A DNA stretch of 64,000 nucleotides, taken from the NCBI RefSeq assembly GCF_016026235.1, contig NZ_CP065613.1; one strand, written 5' to 3'. The notes under the pieces were generated by a model, which saw only the letters and a program-made list of their open reading frames with translations, was not told the DNA's origin and did not search any database. Position 1 is the first letter of the stretch. Every line of letters starts with the position of its first letter. Of this stretch, positions 56,062 through 64,000 are shown piece after piece. This stretch comes from Escherichia coli. Lineage in GTDB: Bacteria; Pseudomonadota; Gammaproteobacteria; Enterobacterales; Enterobacteriaceae. Both the position numbers and the translations under genes were made by a program.

Positions 56062-56413
56062 TACCATCACTTTAATAATCGAAATTTCATGCCCGTTTCA
56101 GAAAATAAATCATAAAAAACACAAACCAGATGACCGTATTAATTGTTTATGCCGAAAACGGGCATTCCTGGCTTGAGTGAATAGAAAAATGACCGTTTTG
56201 ATAAATATTTTTAAGAGCGGTCATTTTTAATGGGGTTATAAAAAGAGAACTTGCAGTTATTTACTGTGATTAGTTGAACCAGGTCACAAAATATAAGCTT
56301 GTGAATTTCTTTCTGGTTAATCAGGAAGAAGATGGTGGGTAATTAAACGGCTAATTCAATAGTGTGAAAGGAACAACATTATTGCCCTGTTTTGAATCAG
56401 AGAGAGGTAGCTA

Positions 56414-57061
56414 ATGGAACGAAATAAACTTGCTCGTCAGATTATTGACACTTGCCTGGAAATGACCCGCCTGGGACTGAACCAGGGGACAGCGGGGAAC
56501 GTCAGTGTACGTTATCAGGATGGGATGCTGATTACGCCTACAGGCATTCCATATGAAAAACTGACGGAGTCGCATATTGTCTTTATTGATGGCAACGGTA
56601 AACATGAGGAAGGAAAGCTCCCCTCAAGCGAATGGCGTTTCCATATGGCGGCCTATCAAAGCAGACCGGATGCCAACGCGGTTGTTCACAATCATGCCGT
56701 TCATTGCACGGCAGTTTCCATTCTTAACCGATCGATCCCCGCTATTCACTACATGATTGCGGCGGCTGGCGGTAATTCTATTCCTTGCGCGCCTTATGCG
56801 ACCTTTGGAACACGTGAACTTTCTGAACATGTTGCGCAGGCTCTCAAAAATCGTAAGGCAACTTTGTTACAACATCATGGGCTTATCGCTTGTGAGGTGA
56901 ATCTGGAAAAAGCGTTATGGCTGGCGCATGAAGTTGAAGTGCTGGCGCAACTTTACCTGACGACCCTGGCGATTACGGACCCGGTGCCAGTGCTGAGCGA
57001 TGAAGAGATTGCCGTAGTGCTGGAGAAATTCAAAACCTATGGGTTACGAATTGAAGAGTAA
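56414..57061 (+). CDS. fucA: L-fuculose-phosphate aldolase (class II)
   Basis: 215-aa ORF MERNKLARQIIDTCLEMTRLGLNQGTAGNVSVRY... Confidence 0.95.
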   Translation: MERNKLARQIIDTCLEMTRLGLNQGTAGNVSVRYQDGMLITPTGIPYEKLTESHIVFIDGNGKHEEGKLPSSEWRFHMAAYQSRPDANAVVHNHAVHCTAVSILNRSIPAIHYMIAAAGGNSIPCAPYATFGTRELSEHVAQALKNRKATLLQHHGLIACEVNLEKALWLAHEVEVLAQLYLTTLAITDPVPVLSDEEIAVVLEKFKTYGLRIEE

Positions 57062-57085
57062 TTTCGTAAAGCAACAAGGAGAAGG

Positions 57086-58237
57086 ATGATGGCTAACAGA
57101 ATGATTCTGAACGAAACGGCATGGTTTGGTCGGGGTGCTGTTGGGGCTTTAACCGATGAGGTGAAACGCCGTGGTTATCAGAAGGCGCTGATCGTCACCG
57201 ATAAAACGCTGGTGCAATGCGGCGTGGTGGCGAAAGTGACCGATAAGATGGATGCTGCAGGGCTGGCATGGGCGATTTACGACGGCGTAGTGCCCAACCC
57301 AACAATTACTGTCGTCAAAGAAGGGCTCGGTGTATTCCAGAATAGCGGCGCGGATTACCTGATCGCTATTGGTGGTGGTTCTCCACAGGATACTTGTAAA
57401 GCGATTGGCATTATCAGCAACAACCCGGAGTTTGCCGATGTGCGTAGCCTGGAAGGACTTTCCCCGACCAATAAACCCAGTGTACCGATTCTGGCAATCC
57501 CCACCACAGCAGGCACTGCGGCAGAAGTGACCATTAACTACGTGATCACTGACGAAGAAAAACGGCGCAAGTTTGTTTGCGTTGATCCGCATGATATCCC
57601 GCAGGTGGCGTTTATTGACGCTGACATGATGGATGGTATGCCTCCAGCGCTGAAAGCTGCGACGGGTGTCGATGCGCTCACTCATGCTATTGAGGGGTAT
57701 ATTACCCGTGGCGCGTGGGCGCTAACCGATGCACTGCACATTAAAGCGATTGAAATCATTGCTGGGGCGCTGCGAGGATCGGTTGCTGGTGATAAGGATG
57801 CCGGAGAAGAAATGGCGCTCGGGCAGTATGTTGCGGGTATGGGCTTCTCGAATGTTGGGTTAGGGTTGGTGCATGGTATGGCGCATCCACTGGGCGCGTT
57901 TTATAACACTCCACACGGTGTTGCAAACGCCATCCTGCTACCGCATGTCATGCGCTATAACGCTGACTTTACCGGTGAGAAGTACCGCGATATCGCGCGC
58001 GTTATGGGCGTGAAAGTGGAAGGTATGAGCCTGGAAGAGGCGCGTAATGCCGCTGTTGAAGCGGTGTTTGCTCTCAACCGTGATGTCGGTATTCCGCCAC
58101 ATTTGCGTGATGTTGGGGTACGCAAGGAAGACATTCCGGCACTGGCGCAGGCGGCACTGAATGATGTTTGTACCGGTGGCAACCCGCGTGAAGCAACGCT
58201 TGAGGATATTGTAGAGCTTTACCATACCGCCTGGTAA
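57086..58237 (+). CDS. fucO: L-1,2-propanediol oxidoreductase (iron-containing alcohol dehydrogenase)
   Basis: 383-aa ORF (possible start one codon later at 57089), Fe-ADH family. Confidence 0.95.
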   Translation: MMANRMILNETAWFGRGAVGALTDEVKRRGYQKALIVTDKTLVQCGVVAKVTDKMDAAGLAWAIYDGVVPNPTITVVKEGLGVFQNSGADYLIAIGGGSPQDTCKAIGIISNNPEFADVRSLEGLSPTNKPSVPILAIPTTAGTAAEVTINYVITDEEKRRKFVCVDPHDIPQVAFIDADMMDGMPPALKAATGVDALTHAIEGYITRGAWALTDALHIKAIEIIAGALRGSVAGDKDAGEEMALGQYVAGMGFSNVGLGLVHGMAHPLGAFYNTPHGVANAILLPHVMRYNADFTGEKYRDIARVMGVKVEGMSLEEARNAAVEAVFALNRDVGIPPHLRDVGVRKEDIPALAQAALNDVCTGGNPREATLEDIVELYHTAW

Positions 58238-58254
58238 ATGCGCTGATGTGATAA

Positions 58255-58284
58255 TGCCGGATACGACGTTTGCGGCGTATCCGG
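58255..58284. repeat. REP-like element between convergent fucO and xni
   Basis: GCCGGATACGACGTTTGCGGCGTATCCGGC palindromic unit. Confidence 0.5.
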
Positions 58285-58291
58285 CTCGCCG

Positions 58292-59158
<867 letters not shown>

Positions 59159-60526
59159 TTAATCGCAGGCAACGATCTTCATTGCCAGGCCGCCGCGAGA
59201 GGTTTCGCGGTACTTGGCGTTCATATCTTTACCTGTTTCGTACATGGTTTCGATAACTTTATCGAGGCAGACGCGCGGCTCGCTGGTACGGCGTAGCGCC
59301 ATACGTGCGGCGTTCACCGCTTTTACTGCCGCAATGGCGTTACGCTCGATGCATGGCACCTGGACCTGTCCGGCGACCGGGTCACACGTCAGACCGAGGT
59401 TGTGCTCCATGGCGATTTCCGCCGCGATGCACACCTGCGCCGGGCTTGCACCTAACAGTTCTGCCAGACCAGCCGCCGCCATTGAGCACGCCACACCAAC
59501 TTCACCCTGGCAGCCGACTTCAGCACCAGAAATTGACGCGTTCATCTTATAAAGAGAACCAATGGCACTGGCTACCAGCAGGTAACGAGCCAGTGAGTTA
59601 GCGTTCACTTCGCGGATAAACTTGTCGTAGTACGCCAGCACTGCCGGGATAATCCCGCACGCACCGTTAGTCGGCGCAGTCACCACGCGTCCGCCAGCAG
59701 CGTTCTCTTCGTTCACTGCCAGTGCAAACATGTTGATCCAGTCAACAACCGCCATCGGGTCAGTGGTGGTTTTATCCTGGCTGACCAGCATCCGGCGTAG
59801 TGCCGCAGCACGGCGTGGAACGCGCAGTTTGCCAGGCAACACGCCTTCGGTGGAAATACCGCGCTCAATACCGCCACGCATGACTTCCCATACGTTCGCC
59901 AGGTGCTGTTCCAGCTCTTCTTTGCTGTGCAGCGCCAGCTCATTTTTCATCATCAGGCCAGAGAGTGACAGCCCGGTTTCCTGACAATGTTTTTGCAGAT
60001 CGGCTGCTGAACTGTACGGATAAGGAACTTCAACCGGTGCGCTATTCTGCTGGCCAAAATGCTCTTCATCAACGATAAAGCCACCGCCAATAGAGTAGTA
60101 AGTCTGGCTGTAAACGACTTTATCGCCCGCCAGCGCGGTAATGCGCATACCGTTTTCATGCAGAGAAAGGTTGTCTGCATGGAAGTTCATGCACTGATCA
60201 ACCGGGAACTCCACTTCATGCTGACCGTTTGCCAGCATCAGGCGACCATGAGTATTCACATCCTGAATAAAACCAGGGATGGAATCGATATCCACGGTAT
60301 CCGGCAGGTTACCCGCCAGGCCCATAATAATGGCGATATCAGTGTGGTGGCCTTTACCGGTCAGAGAGAGCGAGCCGTACACGTCAACCACCACGCGGGT
60401 CACGTCTTTAAGCAGATTACGGGCAATCAGATCGTCGGTAAATTGTTTACCCGCTTTCATTGGTCCAACGGTATGAGAACTGGAAGGGCCAATGCCGATT
60501 TTGAAAATATCGAATACGCTAATCAT
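59159..60526 (-). CDS. sdaB: L-serine dehydratase 2 (Fe-S)
   Basis: 455-aa [32 protein letters not shown]...; downstream of sdaC. Confidence 0.95.
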   Translation of the reverse strand: MISVFDIFKIGIGPSSSHTVGPMKAGKQFTDDLIARNLLKDVTRVVVDVYGSLSLTGKGHHTDIAIIMGLAGNLPDTVDIDSIPGFIQDVNTHGRLMLANGQHEVEFPVDQCMNFHADNLSLHENGMRITALAGDKVVYSQTYYSIGGGFIVDEEHFGQQNSAPVEVPYPYSSAADLQKHCQETGLSLSGLMMKNELALHSKEELEQHLANVWEVMRGGIERGISTEGVLPGKLRVPRRAAALRRMLVSQDKTTTDPMAVVDWINMFALAVNEENAAGGRVVTAPTNGACGIIPAVLAYYDKFIREVNANSLARYLLVASAIGSLYKMNASISGAEVGCQGEVGVACSMAAAGLAELLGASPAQVCIAAEIAMEHNLGLTCDPVAGQVQVPCIERNAIAAVKAVNAARMALRRTSEPRVCLDKVIETMYETGKDMNAKYRETSRGGLAMKIVACD

Positions 60527-60583
60527 AGGAAATACATCGCGTTAAAACGGAGGAAGCGCCGCCCGAAAGCGGCGCGAAAGGAC

Positions 60584-61873
60584 TTAGCTGAACAGAGAGT
60601 AGAAGATTGCGGAGATTGCAATCAGACCCATCACGACAACGAATACGTTGCTGATGTGACCGCTGTACTTACGCATTGCCGGTACTTTCTGAATTGCGTA
60701 CATCGGCATCAGGAACAGGATCATCGCGATGATTGGGCCGCCCAGGGTTTCAATCATACCCAGGATGCTCGGGTTCAGGGTGGCAACAATCCAGGTCGTT
60801 ACCAGCATGAACAGCGCAGTGATACGGTTCAGCTTGTTGATTTCGATAGACTTACCTTTACCACGCAGAGATTTAATCACCATACCGTTGAAGCCTTCAC
60901 GTGCGCCCAGGTAGTGGCCGAGGAAGGATTTGGTGATAGCGATAATCGCGATAATCGGAGCCATCCACGCGATAACCGGTGCGTTAAAGTGGTTAGCCAG
61001 GTAAGACAGAATCGAGATGTTCTGCTCTTTAGCCGCAGCCAGGTCTGCCGGAGTCAGGCTCAGTACACAGCTGAAGACGAAGAACATTACGGTCAGCACC
61101 ATCATGATGTGTGCGAATGCCAGGATCTTCGAGCATTTCTGTTCTGCCATATCGCCGTACTCTTCACGCTTCGCAACGGCGAAAGAAGAGATGATCGGAG
61201 AGTGGTTGAACGAGAACACCATTACCGGAATTGCCAGCCACAGGGTCATCCACAGACCGTTTCCGGTTGCAGATGCAGTGTCCAGAGACAGCGTTTCCAG
61301 TGCTGCGCCGTTCCACTGCGGGATCAGGTACAGAGCCAGCAGCATCAATACGCCAACAAACGGGAACACCAGAATACTCATCGCTTTAACGATCATCTGC
61401 TCACCGAAGCGAACGATGGTCATCATACCCACGATCAGGATCAGCGACAGAATCGCACGCGGCGGTGGCGTCATACCCAGCTGGTGAGACATGAAGCTTT
61501 CAACTGTATTGGTGATTGCCACGCTATAAACCAGCAGGATCGGGTAGATAGCGAAGAAGTAGAGCAGGGTAATCAGTTTACCTGCGCCAATACCAAAGTG
61601 TTCTTCTACAACCTCGGTGATGTCTTCGCCCGGGTTTTTACCAGACAGTACGAAGCGAGTCAGGCCGCGGTGAGCAAAAAACGTCATCGGGAACGCAAGG
61701 ATAGCCATGATGATCAGCGGGATCATACCGCCAACACCGGCGTTGATTGGCAGGAACAGCACGCCCGCGCCGATTGCCGTGCCGTAAAGGCCCAGCATCC
61801 ACATGGTGTCTGTCTTGCGCCAGGCACTACGAGAGTCTTTCGACGCAATCGTGCTGGTTTGAGTCGTTTCCAT
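60584..61873 (-). CDS. sdaC: Serine:H+ symporter (HAAAP family)
   Basis: 429-aa polytopic membrane ORF. Confidence 0.95.
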   Translation of the reverse strand: METTQTSTIASKDSRSAWRKTDTMWMLGLYGTAIGAGVLFLPINAGVGGMIPLIIMAILAFPMTFFAHRGLTRFVLSGKNPGEDITEVVEEHFGIGAGKLITLLYFFAIYPILLVYSVAITNTVESFMSHQLGMTPPPRAILSLILIVGMMTIVRFGEQMIVKAMSILVFPFVGVLMLLALYLIPQWNGAALETLSLDTASATGNGLWMTLWLAIPVMVFSFNHSPIISSFAVAKREEYGDMAEQKCSKILAFAHIMMVLTVMFFVFSCVLSLTPADLAAAKEQNISILSYLANHFNAPVIAWMAPIIAIIAITKSFLGHYLGAREGFNGMVIKSLRGKGKSIEINKLNRITALFMLVTTWIVATLNPSILGMIETLGGPIIAMILFLMPMYAIQKVPAMRKYSGHISNVFVVVMGLIAISAIFYSLFS

Positions 61874-62429
61874 CTATTTCTCCTGGAGGAATGCAAATAA
61901 TTCAGCTTTTAGCCAGTTCAGCCCGGGAAGGTGCCTGACCGTAAAAATGAAATCTGTCTATCGGCGATGGCTTAATCATTTACCGCCGTAATAATTTGAG
62001 GGCGGAAAGATACACACAAGTTATGTATCTATCAGTGATCTTGATCCCAAATACAATAATCTACTTGGAAGATAGATTATCCCAACGCTTTACTCTGTAA
62101 ATTAAAAGTAAAAGAGAATTTAAGGGCAATATTTGCCCATTAAACGACATCTGACTTCTTCCGGGGCGCGCAATATATGTAGGTTGAACTGAAAAAATCA
62201 ATACTTTTAGTTAATCATGGCGATAATTTCTTTTTCATAGCGATAAAATACGGTTTATGAAAATAGGGAAACGTTTGCATTGCAACATAAATTGTATGAC
62301 ATATTAACTGTGATGATATTTGTCGCGTGAGGGTGGTAAGAAACATTCATATAACAAATGAAATGAGTTGATGAGTAAGTGACCAAAAACGAGAAAACCC
62401 GGCAACAAACGTCACCGGGGGAGGGGAGA

Positions 62430-63794
62430 TTACGTGCAGATTTCGTAGCAAGGGATGTAGGCTGAGCCTGGCAACTTCATACGATGCTGGGCAACAAAAC
62501 CCTGTAGCAGGTCGTCCATACGACGCATAATCTCTTTATCGCCGTTGATTTTGTAAGGACCAAACTCTTCAATGGCGCGAATACCGACTTCTTTTACGTT
62601 ACCCGCCACAATACCGGAGAACGCACGGCGCAGGTCGGCAGCCAGCACTTCAACAGGTTGATCCGGGTAAAGCTTCAGATTAGCCATATTCTCGTGAGAC
62701 GGCTCAAACGGCATTTGCAAATCTGGCGCAATGCGCATTGACCAGTTAAAGCTGTAGGCATCGCCTGTATCACGGCGATTTTCTTTCACCAGCGGCATCG
62801 ATTTTTTCATCTGACGAGCGACTTCAGCGGCGTCATCAATGATGATGCGGTAATGGCGGCGCGCGTTTTCACCCAGCGTATGCACGACAAACTCGTCCAG
62901 TACGCGGAAGTAGTCGGCGCTCTCTTTCGGGCCGGTGAGGATCAATGGTAAAACCTGATCTTTGTTGGCCGGGTTCATTAAAATTCCCAGCAAATAGAGC
63001 AACTCTTCTGCCGTACCCACACCGCCAGGGAAGATAATGATACCGTGAGCGATACGGACAAACGCTTCCAGACGTTTTTCGATATCTGGCATGATGATCA
63101 ATTCGTTGACCAGCGGGTTAGGCGGTTCAGCGGCGATAATCGACGGCTCTGTCATACCAATAAAACGACTGTCTTTGTAACGCTGCTGCGCGTGTCCGAC
63201 CGCAGCACCTTTCATCGGCGCTTCCATCGCTCCCGGACCACAGCCGGTGCAGATATTCAGCTCACGCAGGCCCAGCTGGTTTCCGACGCGACGGGCATAC
63301 AAATACTCGTTTTCGTTAATTGAGTGACCGCCCCAGCAGACCACCATATTTGGCGCTTCACCCACATGCAGCGCGCGAGCGTTACGCAAGATGGAAAAGA
63401 CCAGGTTAGTGATGTGGACGGAGTTGTCGAGATTCAGGTTGGGAAAACGAACGGTGTTATGGATTTGCCCGTAAACGAAGAGAATGTCACGCAGGACCGC
63501 GAACAAGTTGGCCTGCAAAGCGCGAATAATTCGCCCATCGACAAAAGCCTCTTCCGGGGGATTAATCAGTTCCAGCTTTACGCCGCGTTCACGGCGCAAG
63601 ACGTTAATATCGAAATTTTCAAAACGAGACAGCAATTCTTTGCTGTTATCGGTCAAACTACCGGAGTTCAGTACGGCAAGTGAACAGTTGCGAAACAGTT
63701 GATAGAGGTCGCTGCTGGCGGTGCGTTTAAGCATATCCACTTCCAGCTGCGACAACATATCCATGGAGCCAAGCGGGCTAATATGTGTAATCAA
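62430..63794 (-). CDS. ppnN: Nucleotide 5'-monophosphate nucleosidase PpnN (LOG-family, YgdH)
   Basis: 454-aa ORF with LOG-family motif ([12 protein letters not shown]). Confidence 0.9.
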
Positions 63795-63905
63795 GAAAAA
63801 CTCCTTATGGGACGAATATCGTCATTCCCTTTGATTACAATAGCCCTGCCTGATGACCTTTCACAACCTTCTGCGTGAATCCAGCACGCAAAATTGAGAA
63901 AAAAT

Positions 63906-64000
63906 TTATTGCCGAACCAGTCTTGTGGTCGATGGGACAAAATCGCTATTACTGCGCCACGGGTTAATGTCCAGACCGCCACGACGGGTATAACGTGCGT
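63906..64000 (-). CDS. queF: NADPH-dependent 7-cyano-7-deazaguanine reductase QueF, C-terminal end (gene enters from the window end)
   Basis: Minus-strand frame ends ...[30 protein letters not shown] with the stop at 63906-63908, matching the QueF C-terminus as I recall it; synteny with ppnN. Confidence 0.6.

Noticed and set aside
60059-61900. 613-aa ORF on the + strand antisense to sdaB/sdaC
   Set aside because: Fully antisense to two well-supported genes; its translation is low-complexity (rich in H/R/Q/D/N), has no Shine-Dalgarno and no recognisable domain. Long antisense open frames are common opposite GC3-biased genes.

Overview
This window is ordinary Escherichia coli core chromosome, collinear with the K-12 region xdhA–ygeR–glyU … recBCD … fucPIK/fucAO … sdaCB–ppnN–queF but read in the opposite orientation (about 55 protein genes, 4 tRNAs, 3 known sRNAs). 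I did not find a convincing undescribed biological system. Gene names are assigned from translated ORFs and synteny recalled from memory; no database search was run. The most notable features are two insertion-sequence events: (1) an IS1 (3302-4069) sits where K-12 carries the glyU-associated ETT2 island, leaving only a 59-codon yqeF 3' remnant and a 19-codon lipoprotein-like 5' stub, with no target-site duplication, which points to an IS1-mediated deletion; (2) a complete IS4 (17162-18587) with a perfect 13-bp target duplication lies 97 bp upstream of tas. Non-coding content includes the tandem OmrB/OmrA sRNAs between galR and aas, GcvB divergent from gcvA, a three-copy tRNA-fMet array (middle copy carries a D-loop substitution), the DARS2-like DnaA-box cluster between mutH and rppH, KdgR-type operators before kduI, REP/BIME elements, and Chi octamers mostly on the + strand. 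All coordinates are 1-based on the given strand.
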